Assembly (NCBI RefSeq): GCF_009914755.1
Contig: NC_060935.1
DNA: 64,000 bases
DNA from: the human T2T-CHM13v2.0 reference genome, Homo sapiens
Direction: 5' to 3' (one strand)
The notes beneath the pieces are model-generated. The model did not search any database. It was not told the origin of the DNA and worked only from the letters and a program-made list of their open reading frames with translations. This document shows, in pieces, positions 1-17,113 of this stretch. The position numbers and the translations under genes are program-made. The stretch's first letter is position 1, and every line of letters starts with the position of its first letter.

Positions 1-339
1 ATAATAAACACTGGGGACTCTAAAAGGAAAGGTAAGGGGTGCAGACGGGCAGGAAAAGAGGCATTGCAGACTGCAGGCCAGAGGATCAGAAACAGCTTTC
101 TCTCTTACTGTCACATTCTGATATAGATTCCTAAGATGTCCTAGAATTTTAAATTAAAAACTGGCCTTCTAAGTTATACAAGGTTTGTAAGTCACAGTAA
201 AAAGATAGAACTTATTTAAACTTCATTTATAAGTTCTGAAATTTTTGATGCACGGTATTTACATTTTATTTTTACTCTTCCCTCATGCTTCATGAACATT
301 TAAAGCAGGCCTACTTCATGAGCTGGCCCCTAATTTTCT

Positions 340-800
340 CCTCAAAACTATCTTTTTTAAACCCTGTCTCTTTTCTTGCAGTGTGCACTAGGAACATATT
401 TAACTACTAACAATTTCTTAAATACATCATTGTGTTTTTACTCTTTCTATGTTTATAGCTGCCAGTGAGAGTGATTTATTTCTCTATAGACTGACTGTCC
501 CATGCCTCAAACCCTTTTGCCTTGTCCTCCAGGTCTGCATTAAAGAGGCAGTTTCAACATTTCCTCCTTGGTGACTCTTTCCTTTATGTCCCTATCCTCT
601 GCCTCCCAGTCACCCAGATGCCCTTATTTACTTATTCCTCTCTATTCTCAATTAGAAATATTGGCATCAATTAAACTATATTCCAGTTGTTAGTCACTTG
701 AGGACAGTTACTATTTTTTAGGCATCTAATAACAGAGTCTGTCATAGTATCTTATGATGAGTAAATAATTTAAAAACATTTGATCAAACAAATCTATAAA
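340..800 (+). mobile_element. Degraded L2 LINE 3' region
   Basis: Resembles the L2 3' end (tagtcacttgaggacagttactat...gtctgtcatagtatc...gtaaataatt); highly diverged, boundaries approximate. Confidence 0.4.
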
Positions 801-1399
801 CTATTCATTAATGTGATGTTAGCACTTTTGGAATTAGAAAAATGAACCAAATAAATATTATCATATGTATTTGAATGTTAAATGTAGTCTCTCTCTTGTT
901 TTAATATTCCCAGGTTGAGAAATATTTAGATTTTATATATATAACTCTTACGCATCAGTAACTGTGGAGACATAGAAAATAAAATTACAAAATCCAGAGA
1001 GAGAAAATATATAGCAATGAATCAAAGGAAAGCTTTGTATTAATTCATTCTGTAAACAGAGCCCAGTGACTAAGAGCTATTTTTATTTTTAAAATTTACT
1101 TCAGGATTATTGATGAAGTTAAAAATATACATTCTTCATTCCTTTTATGATAGTTTGAAAGATAAAGTACTGAGAGAACGTTGAAAAATGGAGGTTGTGG
1201 ATAAACAATCCAAATGGAATTGAGTAGTGTTTATTTCATGGCTGCCAAAGATAATGCTTAAAACTACGTAAATTTAGAGAGTGTTGTCCACATTTATTCT
1301 ACAACCTTATATCATTTCCTTAGAGAAATTGCAAGTTATCTCCTTAGATTTAGCTAGCACAAAGTAAATACACAGAGCTCCATTAATAGAGACAATTTA

Positions 1400-4563
<3,164 letters not shown>

Positions 4564-5929
4564 ACAAAGAGAACACATGGACACAGGAAGGGGAACATCA
4601 CACTCTGGGGACTGTTGTGGGTTGGGGCGAGGGGGTAGGGATAGCATTGGGAGATATACCTAATGCTAAATGACGAGTTAATGGGTGCAGCACGCCAGCA
4701 TGGCACATGTATACATATGTAACAAACCTGAATGTTGTGCACATGTACCCTAAAACTTAAAGCATAATAATAATAAAATAAAATAAAGAAAAAGGCTGTC
4801 AATCTGTTTCTTAGACAAAAAAAACTAATATGAGTAAAATGCCAAAGATTGCATCCACATATAATTTAATGTCCTCTAAATCACAAATTATATAAAGTTC
4901 TTCTCAATTATCTTTAAATTAAGAAATAGTGCAACACAGTAACAATCACTAAGCACAGACACCCCTTTTCTATGTATCTATTGATTGATCTGTTGATTTA
5001 TCAGCTATCTGCGGATACTGATATCACAATGGTATCCTTTTAATGATTCCTATTTTTATTTCACCATACAAAATGTAAAGTAAAAAAAAATTGAAATTAT
5101 GAATTTGAAAAGGCTTTCTAAAAATAGTTTCACTGGCGTCTTTGAAAAATCATCCTTTGGTGAAACTTTGGGATGCATACATGGCAATTTTTGAAATAGC
5201 TGAAAGACTGTTTTGCTGCCTTCCTTTAATTTCTATTATTCTGTTTTATAGATTGAAAAAAAAAATCTGTGATTTGAGATTTGGAACTTGCCCAAATTCA
5301 CAGCTAGGAAGTGTCATATCCATGATTTGAACCTAGCAGGCTGGCTCCAGGCCTTGCACTGTGAACTGGTGAGAAATACACACACTGCAGAGTTAATAAT
5401 TAAAGTCACTGATAATATGATAAAGCTGCTCAATACTAATGGTTAACTATCCAATATTATAAAGTAAACTTCAGCACGTGCATTGATGTCTCACTCTAAG
5501 GTTGAAGATTAAACAAGTTTCAGGATCCTTAAGTTTGATTCCTATTTAAGTCAAAGTCTTGGAGAAAGATCAAAGCACAAGAAGTGAAAACACACCAGAG
5601 CTTGCCTTGCACACTTTGCACCTAACTTTTCCCATGTGTGAAACAGAGATTGTAACTGCATCTACTTCAAGAGTGGGTGTGAGTATAAAACTAGTTTAAT
5701 GAATTTAAAGTCCTTACAATAGCGACAGCCTCATGAAGGGCACTTAGTAAATGAAAATGTTGCAGTTGTAATTATTATTTCTAATATTATGTGCTGATGC
5801 TGATTTTTAGAGGCAGTAAAGTGAGAAAACAACACAGAAAACTTGACTTTGTTTCTAAGTTCCATCCCTACTTGTGGAATTTTGTGTAAATAAAGAACAA
5901 ATAAGGATACTAAAAAGATAAAAAGAGAT

Positions 5930-6462
<533 letters not shown>

Positions 6463-6469
6463 CCCTATT

Positions 6470-6640
6470 ATATCTTGTAATCCTTACGATAATTTATGAG
6501 GTAGATATTATTGTTATTCCTATTTGCAAATGAAGATAGTAAGGCTTACAGAGGTAAAGTAACTTTATTGTAGTCGTGCACAAATACATGGCATCACCAG
6601 GACTTCAAACAAGGTTCTTCTGGCTCCAAAGACCATAATC
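6470..6640 (-). mobile_element. MIR SINE
   Basis: Antisense MIR core: gaggtagatattattgttattcctatttgcaaatgaagatagtaaggcttacagaggtaaagtaactt. Confidence 0.7.
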
Positions 6641-7522
6641 AACCGGCTACACATTTTGCCTCTTGGAACTTTTTCTTCTATTTCCAATTTACCTATCCTT
6701 CGTCTTTTCATCTATAACTTCACAGGAAATTTTGCTGCCGTTGGGGATGATGCACTTCAGAGGGAAAATGAAGGCAGAAGTATGTAGCCCCGTGAAGCAC
6801 ATCACAAATATTGTCATGTATAATCTTATACTCTTCCTCTGAAATCACAATTTCAAATATATTCACTGAAGTCACCATAATGACAGAAGAGGAAATTAGT
6901 ACTCATGAGCAACTAAGAGCAAAGCCAAATGGCTTGCTGCAAACAGAGAGTGAAATTTCTTAGAAGTTTCATGCTTTTTCCCTTTTCCTTCCTTTTTTAA
7001 GGGTGAAATGATGCTAATTGTGCATACTACCCCATGAAAGGCGTGTTTCTTTTAAATTAAAATTAATCTTTAAAATGATTCAACTTTGAGTAAAATATGA
7101 CTTTGATGTCCCTGCACACTTCCACATACATTTGGGTGTGTTCTTTATACAATTTGAGAACACGTCCTTTAGATAGTCTACATTTTATCTATGAAGCATT
7201 CAGATATCCAGAAACCTGCCCACTTGAATGCGCTATTTTGATACTTCCTAAAACTGCATTAGTGGAATTGTGCTTCCAAAAGAAAGATATAGCTATGGGA
7301 ATATCATCAATGTATTTGTTTTATTGTAGTCCAGTATAAAATGTATGCCTTCTTTTATTCAGAGCAAAAGGGAAATCTTTCTCAGGCCTTGTTATTTGGA
7401 AAACTTGCCCTGATCTTATTAAATACTGAGGTATTGATATTTATTCCCCTGCAATTGTCAAAAGCCACATTCTTAGTCTACGCCTAGAAACTGCGGTTTC
7501 CAGGATGTATTTAATGAGTGTA

Positions 7523-7892
7523 CAGGCATATCTTGGAGATATTGCCAGTTCCATACCCAACCACCACAATAAATTAAGTATTGAAATAAAGCAAATATAG
7601 CTATGAAATGAGTCACACAAACTTGTTGGTTTACTAGAGCATAGGAAAGTTGTGTTGATACTATATTTTAGTCTATTAAGTGTGCAATAGCATTTTGTCA
7701 ACAAAAGTACATAATTTAATTAAAAAGTTCCTTGTTTTTAAAAATGCAGGTAAAATGAGCACATGCTGTTGGAAAAATACCACCAATAGACTTGGTCAAT
7801 GCAGAGTTGCCACAAACTTTCAATCTGTAAAAAATACATGCAATATCTACAAAGGGTGATGAAGTGAAGAACAATAAAATGAGGCATGCCTG
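7523..7892. mobile_element. Tigger1 internal-deletion derivative (TcMar-Tigger)
   Basis: TIRs caggcatatcttgg... / ...gaggcatgcctg with TA on both sides (7521-7522, 7893-7894); both Tigger1 ends present and transposase deleted. Confidence 0.88.
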
Positions 7893-7920
7893 TACTTGAA
7901 ATATTATTTAGTTTATCTGT

Positions 7921-8255
7921 AAAAAAATTTAAATAGACTTCATATTTTACAGCAGTTTTACTTTTGCAGCAAAACTGAGCAAAAGGTAGAGAGATCTGCC
8001 TTGTCTCCTGGTCTCCCATAGGCGCAGCCTCTCCACTATCAAGATACTGCACCAGAGTGGTGTATTTGTTACAGTCAGTGAACCTACAATGACACATTAT
8101 TATCACCCAAAGTCCATAGTTTCCAATAGGGGTCGCTTTTAGTGCTGTACTTTCTGTGGATTTGGACAAATGTGCGATGACATATATCCGCCATTATTGT
8201 ATCGCACAGAGTAGTTTTACTACCCTGAAAGCCCTTTGTGTTCCTCATCTTTTCT
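7921..8255 (-). mobile_element. L1MC-type 3'UTR fragment
   Basis: Antisense old L1 3' end (agcagttttacttttgcagcaaaactgagcaaaaggtagagag...cccaaagtccatagttt...tttggacaaatg). Confidence 0.75.
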
Positions 8256-9901
8256 ACAATAAAAATTCCTTTATTTTCTTTTGAGTCATGTTGTATCATA
8301 CACATTATACTTCAAGTCATCAAGTCGTAGAATATAAATAAGAAAGAAGAAGTTATTTTCAGTTTGCTCTACAAATTAATGAGTCATCTCTCCTTTATGT
8401 ATCTTTTCGTATCTTAATCTCTTTGGTGCCAATACCCATGCAGTTTTCACTTTGACATTCAGCCTGTGCTTTTCATAGAGTCACTGCATGTAGTTGGTGC
8501 TCAATGGATACTTTCAAAATGGTTGTAATTTTTCACTAACCACCAAAGCCAGTAACTGTGCAGTTTCCTGCTTGTGGCCCTCACTGTGCCACACATATAG
8601 TAAACACTCCTTAACATAATTAAATTAAATCTGGAAACTTAAATCAGCAATACATTCATTAGTTTTATTGCATAATTTTTTGTCTGTCAACCAAGATGTT
8701 AAACATATCACTATTTAAAAGTTCTTGGGTATATGTACTACAATCAGATTTGCCAATTCATGTTTTAATTGAATTATAATAATTCCCATTTTTGGAATTA
8801 CTCGTATAAGTCAAAAACTAAGCAGAAAGCAACTAAAATTGTACTCTTTGTTATTAATAATTTTTACAGTAAGGAGACTTTTCTGTTTTTACTGAATATT
8901 GAAAACCAAGATTAGGCTGCCAAAACACAACTGTCTAAAATTTTCAAAAGCTTACATAAACACTTCTCTAAAAAGTTGTTAAAAATTTGTTATATATTTT
9001 CAAAAGGTTTTTAAATGTGGAAGTGATTATGATGCTTTTTAAGCTCCTGAAAAATGTCTTTGAGCCTTCAAAACAAATTTTTTCTTCTCTAGAAGCAAAG
9101 AATTACTAGTTTTCTTTCTAAATTTTATTTTTTAATAGATAAAGGCTAAACATGGTACTATAAACTATCAGCCTACTTACATATTCTTATCTTATATGCA
9201 AAGTTTAAAATCTTATTAAGATCTGATACCAAGAACTGAAACAAACCTACATGGTAAATACCAAAATCAATAATAAATTTATGCTCCTTAAACATCTCTC
9301 TGACTTCTACTCTTTATAAAAGATAAATAACTTGGTAGTGGAAAATATTTTATGGGCTATCATTCAGTAGAGATTATTCTCACTTCTCTGTGTCAGTTCT
9401 TTTGAATAACAACTTTAAGGAGAAATTCAGGAGCAAATACACCTATATATCTATTTATATATTATACATGTATGATATATTAATGTATATATCACTTATG
9501 TCATATATGATAAACATGATAAATTTATATATCTATATGTAAATGTACATATCTCTTATAACATATTTATAAATAATAATGGCAAATCTTTTACAGAGAA
9601 AGAAATTACTTAATGTTATGAGGCTCAATAATGAGATTCCTTGAAGCTTTTAAATGTTTCTTCCTAGGTAAATCCTAAGCAGATCCCTCACGTCTAAACT
9701 TGGTGCTCCCTATTGTACCTTTTCAAAGTCACCTGTACTGTTTTTTTTTTTTTTTGATAGAAATAACCACACATGAGCCTTAAAGGCCCATACTGATAGT
9801 AATTATGTACTTATTTGCTTGATTATGAATTAATAGCTGTAATTCTCACTAGATTATGATTTCCAAGTGAGGCAAAGTCTTATATTTTTCCCTACTGAAT
9901 C

Positions 9902-10864
9902 TGTTACCCACACAACAGGTGGGTTCCATCCCTTGACAGGTGACAGTCCAATGACCACAACCAAGGAGGATTTAACAAGGGGACTTTATTATTTGCAACA
10001 AGCAAGGAGGACAGCAGCGAAAGTTCCCCAAGCAGTGCCTCCATGAACAGTGCTGAAAGCAGTGCTTTTATTGGGCTGCTTAACTGAGTCATTGCACGTA
10101 GAGGTGGAGTAAAGGCAGCACAGGTGCAGCTGTTGTGCTGAACCCTCATCATTAACCTCAGTAGGGAAGGCACCATGTTCAAGGGGCCAAAGCACAGACC
10201 CGGAGCCAGCAAACAAGACATAGGGTTTCATTAGGGGCTTATATACAGGGTAGAAAGTCCAGTGGTGGCGGGCTGGGCAGGAGAACTATAACTGCTTGCA
10301 AATATCATGCAGTTTATATACCTCTTTTACATAATACCCTCCCCTTAGCAATCTTCACCTGGCAACCTTTATTTAATCCCAAACTCAGGGCCTCAATCCC
10401 CTGCATGGCCCATGTTCCATGGGATGGGCCAGGAGCTCAGATGTTCCTCACAGACAAGGAACACATTTCCAGGGTCTCCACTCCTGGGTTTTCTAGCTCA
10501 AAACACACATGCAGGTGCATCTGCCATACAGGGACATTCTAAGGGTATGCTTCAGTTATTGCCATCAGGTACATTTACCCTAAAGTTGCTAATCATGCTT
10601 CTACACATGTGGCATGTATAGAAAAATGGTGAATAAGTTCCTCTGTGGGTGAAGATTTCAGGATGGTAATGAGGGGAGTTTGGCAAAGTTCATCTCCAAC
10701 TCAGGCATCTCTGGATCCAACCAGTTTTTTATTTTCTGGGGCTGAGCTTCTTCCTGAAAGTTTTTGGGAACAAGAACCCCAAGGTACAGCAGTTACAAGT
10801 GGTTATTTTCACAGTGTGTATCCCAAAACTCGGGGATTCTGGCTTACAAATCACCCCTGAGACA
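9902..10864 (-). mobile_element. 3' LTR of the provirus (contains the LTR47 insertion)
   Basis: 9902-10130 and 10585-10864 align with 18005-18490 at roughly 80-85% by eye. The tgttac terminus is shared, and the LTR starts with TG immediately after the PPT on the minus strand. Confidence 0.88.
10131..10584 (-). mobile_element. LTR47A-like solo LTR (ERVL) nested in the proviral 3' LTR
   Basis: Absent from the 5' LTR. Termini tgttgtgctgaaccc...catcaggtacatttacccta(c/a)a match the recalled LTR47A consensus. TSD not clean. Confidence 0.78.
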
Positions 10865-10881
10865 TTCCACTCCTCATTCTT
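10865..10881 (-). other. Polypurine tract of the provirus
   Basis: Minus strand reads aagaatgaggagtggaa, immediately followed by TG of the 3' LTR. Confidence 0.75.
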
Positions 10882-10914
10882 GAGGGGTTACTGACAGAGG
10901 TCATTCTTCTGTGT

Positions 10915-11684
10915 CTACTTCATGCTGACCAGGGGCATCGATTCCCTTAAATTTAGAGGAGTAAACTCTCTGGCTGAGTTTAAGTAAGTTTTTGGGTCCC
11001 CTGGAGTTGTTTCAAGGGGCTGATATTGTTGTAATACAAGCTGAAGATGGAACTTTTGGAGGCTGGAGGACACAAAGTTTACTATCAATTTAAATATACA
11101 GAACTGTAAAGTAACAGAACAGTGGCCACTCAGGGCCCCAACAGAGCAAAAAGGCTTTGTTTATTGCTTGCCAAATTTTACATTGATGGTAATAATTGGC
11201 ATTAGGGTCTTTTGAGCCCTGATAGCTGTCTGTGATGGGACACAAATGGGTAGTGTTTGGAGTGCATGGGTGAGTGAGGTTAAAGCTAAAGAGGTAGATA
11301 TCAGACTTGCGTTCGTTATCTTCTTGATCTGAACATGCTTGACACTTTTTCTATTCTTCTGGGCAATTTAAACAAATGAGGCTGATTCTCTTGGTGACAC
11401 TGCTCTTATGGGTGAGGTCCACACAAACCATAGAACATGAAGGGCCCATTTGGACAGCTATAGGCTTGGGCGAGATTTTGGATCTCCATCCCACCACTGT
11501 GATGTTAATGTCTCCCCACAAAGGAAAGGCAGCAGCCACCGTCTCCAGGTCTAGGGATACCTGTGGCATATCCAGCATTTGGACAGATTGTTCCCACTGG
11601 AAGTTTACTATTGCCTTGGCCTCCCAGAGACCACTGGCCATGGGAACTAAAAGGGCTAAATAGCATAAAGGAAAGAGAGTTCAT
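10915..11684 (-). pseudogene. env: ERV env remnant, internally deleted (~770 bp)
   Basis: Lies between IN and PPT. The C-terminus translates FCIFKLIVNFVSSSLQKFHLQLVLQQYQPL, a gamma-type TM cytoplasmic tail. No ISD or CX6CC seen; contains stops. Confidence 0.75.
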
Positions 11685-11689
11685 TTTTA

Positions 11690-14600
11690 CTTATCTGGAC
11701 CTTTTCTTCTGAAAACCAATTTGAGGTCCATGAGAGCTTCACAAGTATATTGGAGGGAGGGTAACCTGGGGGCTTCTTGACTTTCTTCACTCTTGAATCA
11801 TGATGGACCCAACAGGTTACTCCCTGGAGCTTAAGGGGAGAATGAGTGCTTAGAAGCTTTAGGTAGGTCCCTGTCCATACAGGGTAAAGCTGGTCCTGGT
11901 GGAGCTTGGTCTTGTATATCTTAAGGTATACCCTGTCTCCTGGGTTGTATGGGTGAAGGTTTACCCCAGGGGGGACTGGGAGGCTGTGATTGCCATAATG
12001 ATTTATAGAGGGTACTGCTGACTCTAGATAAGTGATATGCTTTATTGTCCTTTCTATCTCTGTATCTGGGCAAAAAAGGGGGCTTGCCTTGCCTGGATAA
12101 GGCCTTCCATATAATATTTCAAAGGGGCTAAACCCCATTTTACCTCCGAGTACTGCCCATATGTGGGCCAGGGCTATGGTAAATATCTTTAACCAATTCT
12201 CTTGGGCCTCCTGGCATAAATTGCCTAGGATACCCTTGAGAGTTCTATTGGCTTTTGCAGTTTTCCCTGAAGACTGTGGTCCCAGGCTGCATGGAACTTC
12301 CGCTGTATGCCCAAGGCATGGGAAGTTTTTGTCACTATGTTAAAAACAAATGCAAGTGCATTATCAGTCTGGACTGAACAGGGAAACTGAATCAAGGGAT
12401 AATTTCATTTAATCAAGCCTTTATGACTTCTCCTGCCTTCATAGTCCAGCATGGAAAAACCTCTGTCCAACAGATAAAGATATCTATAAGTACCAGGAAG
12501 TGTTTAAATCCTCCAGGAGCCATAGGCATAACAATGAACTCAATTGGCCAGTCTTCCCCTGGCATGGTTCCACTGAATTGTACCATCTTGGCCAAAGTGG
12601 ATATGGGAGGTCTGGTTTGAGCATGTTTTTCTGAAAAAAGACACACTGGTCAGCCACTTTATAATTTTCTTTACCCTTGAAGTCCTTATTATCCTAAAGA
12701 GCCAGGTGTGCATAGCCTCCTTGCTATAGTGTGAGGAAATATGGGTATGCTTTACAATAGCTCAACTTAGATTTTTGGGCACCCATATCTTACCTCTTTA
12801 AATTTGAGCCCACCCCACTGAGAGGGAACTCTGTTATCCCTCTTGCTTGGTTTCCTATAATTCCCCAGGGGAGCACCTTGGCTTATATTCATAAAAAGGT
12901 ACCAAAGGAAGCAAGAACATTTGGCAGACTTCCCCTCCCCACCAGCACAGCCCTTTTGGCCGTGGTATCTGCCAGGTTGTTCTCCTGTATTATTTCATAG
13001 ACCCTCCTGGTCACCTTGGCAAAGGACTACAGCAATCATTCTGGGCATTTCCACGGCCCAAAGCAGTGCCAATATTTCTGTTCCATATTGGATTTCCTTG
13101 TTTTTGGCATTTAGAAGAAGTCCCTTTTCCTTCCAGGTTGCTCCACAGGCATGGAGAACAGAGAACACATAGCTCACGTATCTGTAAAGTGTCAATGCCT
13201 CGGTCTTTCCTAACATTAAGGCTCAGGTTAATGCTATTATCTCAGCCTTTTTGGTGGAGGTTCCTATGGGGAGGCTGTAGTCTTTGATGGTTTCCCATGG
13301 GGAGACAACCACGTAACCTGCCTTTCTTTTGCCTCTTTCCATGAAGCCACTGCCATCTACAAACATACATTTTCCAAATTTGGAAGAGGTTCACTCTACA
13401 AATCGTTTCTTCCAGAGTATAGTTCTTCTATGGTGGTAGAGCAGTAATGGATTTGGGAATCCTGGATAATGGGCATTGGGATGGCACAGATAAGGATTGG
13501 CATGTACACATGCAGTTGTTGGAGGTGTCTACCAACAAGGCCTGATATATTGCAGCATTCTGCAGCTTGTTAACCAATAACTCCCTTAGACTCCAGTACA
13601 CTTGTCATGTGGTGGGGGATCTGAATAGTCAATTCTTGATTCTGTAATCTTCTCAGCTTCCTGGATAAGCATACAAATGGCAGCCACTGCCCCATGCAAG
13701 GGGAGACAACCTCTTGCCACACTATCACATTATTTAGTAAGTTGTGCAGCACCCTTTTCATGGGTCCTAGCATCTGGGTCAGCATTCCAAGAGCTATTCT
13801 CTGTCGTTCATGGATGTAGATGTCAAAAGGCTCAGTTATGTTGGGGAGCTGTAGGGCCAGAGTCTCCAGTAACAGCTTTTGAAGCTTCTGGAAAGCCTGA
13901 TCAAATTTCCCATCCCATTCAAAAAGGTGGGTGTGGCCAGGCGCAGTGGCTCACGTCTGTAATCCCAGCACTTTGGGGGGCCGAGGTGGGCAGGTTGCCT
14001 GAGACCAGGAGTTTGAGACCAGCTTGGGCAATGCAGTGTAACCGTCTCTACTAAAATTACAAAAATTAACCAGGCATGGTGGCACATGCCTGCAATCCCA
14101 GTTACTTGGAGGCTGAGGCAGGAGAATCTCTTGAACCCAGGAGATAGAGGTTGCAGTGAGATTATGCCACTGTACTCCAGCCTGGGTGACAGAGCGAGAC
14201 TGTCTCAAAAAAAAAAAAAAAAAAAAAAAAAGAGGTAGTTGTTGGCCCTTGTCATAAAGTAGCTTTGCTGTAAGCCAAAAATTTGGGGTCCAGATGTGAC
14301 AGAATTCCACTGTACCCAAGAATCCATGCAATTCTATATGGTTCCTAGGAAGGACCAGGTGGTAAACAGCATTTTCTGGTCATAGGGAAGTTTGCACTGG
14401 CCCTGAGGGATAACATACTCTAAATACTGGACAGTCTCCTTTGAAATCTGGACTTTTCTTCTGACACTTTACAGTCCCTTTCTGCTAGAAAGTTCAGGAC
14501 TGGATGGATAGTTTTACCAGAATCTTCTTTAATGGGGCTGGCTATGAGGATATCATCCACATATTGCAAGACGATGCCCCACTATGTCTTCAAGTCTCAT

Positions 14601-15480
14601 AGAGCTCAGCTTAGGGCCCCCCAAAATGTTTGGGGAGTTCCTGAAGTCTGGAGAAGTACCATCCAGCATTACTTCTCTGAAACATTTTAGGATCCTCTCA
14701 TTCAAAGGCAAATAATTCCTGAGAGTCATGGCTTAGAGGCACATAAAAGAAGGCATCTTTGAGAGCTAGCACACTAAAGTATTTGCTGTCCCCTGAGAGA
14801 CTGGCTAGCAATATATAAGTGTTAGGCTCTATGGGGTAAATGTCCTGAGCAGCACTGTTAACCATCTCTCTTTTTTCTGGGTTCTTAACAGTGGGGTATT
14901 ACATGGGGAGTGACCAGGCCTGATAAGCCCTTGGAGTAAGAGACTCTCTAACACAGGCTGTATTCCCTGCAGTGCTTCAGGTTTTAGAGGATATTTTCCT
15001 ACTCTTGGTGTCGGGCTGTTTGGTTTTAACTGTATCCTTATAAGTTCTACTGTGACAGTCCTTATTTGGCCCTGTGACCATACTTCAGGGTTGACTTGTG
15101 CTAGAATATCACCTAGGGTTTCTCCCGGAGGATCAAGATCTTCATGAAGAAGGGCCAGGAAGGCAGCTCTTTGAGCTCTTGGCACCTCTACTTCTAACTG
15201 GACTTGGTTGAGGCAGACAATGGCTTCAAGTTTTGTCAGTATGTCCTTCCCTAGGGGATGAGCCACTGAGGGGCATACAGGGAAGAGGGGTCAGGGTCTT
15301 TGAATCACAGTCAGAGCCTCCAGAAACTGCTCACTGTCTCCCTTTCCTGACATCCCCTTAATATTACACACTCTGAGTACCCTTTCTGCTAGCCAGTGTA
15401 GAGAATGTGGCTCACGTATTGAGCAGAATCTCAAATCGGCTGTCCCCCTACTTCTAAGGAGATAGAGATCTTATATTGAG
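11690..15480 (-). pseudogene. pol: ERV pro-pol remnant (PR, RT, RNase H, IN)
   Basis: Degenerate PR site LLNT*ATFS (~15410-15430), VNPEVW...PCNTPLL (ORF 14829..15266), LQYVDDILIAS (~14540-14570), RNase H (ORF 12995..13216), IN PGEDW...DIFICWTEVFP and GFSPFEILYGRP. Many stops and frameshifts, plus an Alu insertion. Confidence 0.92.
13935..14231 (+). mobile_element. AluS SINE inserted in ERV pol
   Basis: Full Alu dimer with A tail; imperfect TSD aaaaaggtgggtgt / aaagaggtagttgt. Confidence 0.92.
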
Positions 15481-15499
15481 GAGCCAGTTGGGGAGGTCC

Positions 15500-17113
15500 T
15501 GGGTCCTGCCAGTCTTCTTTTGTTGTTGAGAGCTTGTCCCTAGCCTTCTCTCTTTGGAGACAGCTGGGTCCTTCTCCCAGTGTCCCACTAATTTGAAATA
15601 GGCACACTGATCAGGTCCTAGTTTCTTGGTGGCCCAAGACTGATCCCACGTTATGGCCTGGGATCAGTCACCCAAGCTGGCTCCCTTCTTCCTTCTGGGT
15701 TGTCTGGAATGGACTGAGGTGCAACTACCAGAAAGCTGCTTCTTTCTTCGTCTTCTTTTCTGCCTTCTCCAACCACATCTCTGTTATTGAAACCTTGAAG
15801 GTCATCTCTACTAACTGGGGAGGGGATAATGTCAGGGCCTATGGCCAATTTCTGAATCTTTCTGTGGGTATCTGGAGCAATCTGAGATATAAACAGGTGC
15901 TAAGGACCACCTGACTTCCCTGTGCCTCAGGGTCCCAGGAGATATAGTCCTGCAGGCACTCTCCCAGCCATTCTAGAAATGCTGAGGGGTTCTAGGTCCC
16001 TGATGAACATCCCTAAGCTTACTCCAATTAACAGGAGGTTCGCTAACTTCTTTCATTCCTTTCAATAATATGTTCAGGTCATTTTCCAAGTTCTCCCTCC
16101 CTATTCTGGTACTGGGGTCCCAATGTGGTTCTCCATTCGGAACCAATTGCTCTTCTGGTCACTAGATGGGGCTATTGGGCTGGTTATTAGGCTGCCTGCC
16201 AGCTTTTGCCCCAGCCTCAGCTAAAACTGTGGATATTTCCTCAGTAGTTAAAAAGGTGGTCACCAAGGTCTGAGCATCAGCCCAGGTCAGGTTGTGAGTG
16301 GAAAAGATGCCTCCTATAAGGGAAATAAATTCCTCAGGTTAGCCTGAAAGCCTTTCATAGGTATTTCACAATTACAGTTCTCAGAGGTGGTAAAAGGCAC
16401 ATGTACTTGGATTAAATGCACATCCCCATCCAAAACCTGCCTGAGGGGAAACATCCCACCTCCCAGTTTGTAAAAGCTCCCACTCCGGGATTGTGCTATC
16501 TGGAAGAGGAGCCCCTGACACATTAGTTGGGGAGGCCCCTGATATTTTAGTTGGAGTTTATCTGCCAAGTCAGGTGGTTACGTGGGAGGAGACATCCCCA
16601 ATAATCTGTTGGAATGACAACCTCCTTCTCTCTGTTCTCTTCTTTCCTGGCTTTCATGGGGTGGAGGGAGGTTTTCTCATCCACAGGGCTGTCTAGGATT
16701 GGTAGCACCTTCTCCAGTGGCTTAGCTGGAGATCCAGGTGGTCCAACCTTGAGAGTACAAAGTCCGCACTTTATCTATAGGTCCCTGTTCTGGTAAAGGG
16801 CCATAAAACATTGGACACAGGGTATCTCATCCCATTTCTCTTGCCTCTTATGGAAAATATCCAGCTGAAGAATGCTATGGTAATTAAGTGACCTGTCCCT
16901 CTGCCATTGTTCCTGGCTACCTAGGACACATTGTGGCCAGGCTGTGTTACAAAAGAAAATCATCTTCTTTTTAGTTATTGGAGAATACCCAAAAATCTTC
17001 TAGTGTTGGATAATGCACCCTAATAGGCTTTATCTGAATACCCCAAAATCTTCTAGTGTTTAGAGGATAAACCCTAATGGGCTTTGCTCTGATACGGAGG
17101 TCAGGTTCCCCAT
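15500..17113 (-). pseudogene. gag: ERV gag remnant
   Basis: ATG-GGG start (MGN, myristoylation type) at 17113; MA motif IFFCNTAWPQ...SLNYHSILQLD...KWDEIPCVQ of HERV-W/HERV9-like Gag; degenerate NC knuckle DQCAYFKLVGHWEKD (~15570-15612). Confidence 0.88.

Noticed and set aside
9898-10852. aatc on both sides of 9902-10848, suggesting an independent solo LTR
   Set aside because: The PPT-TG junction at 10864/10865 and contiguous env show this LTR belongs to the provirus; the 4-bp match is probably coincidental, though the outer boundary remains uncertain.
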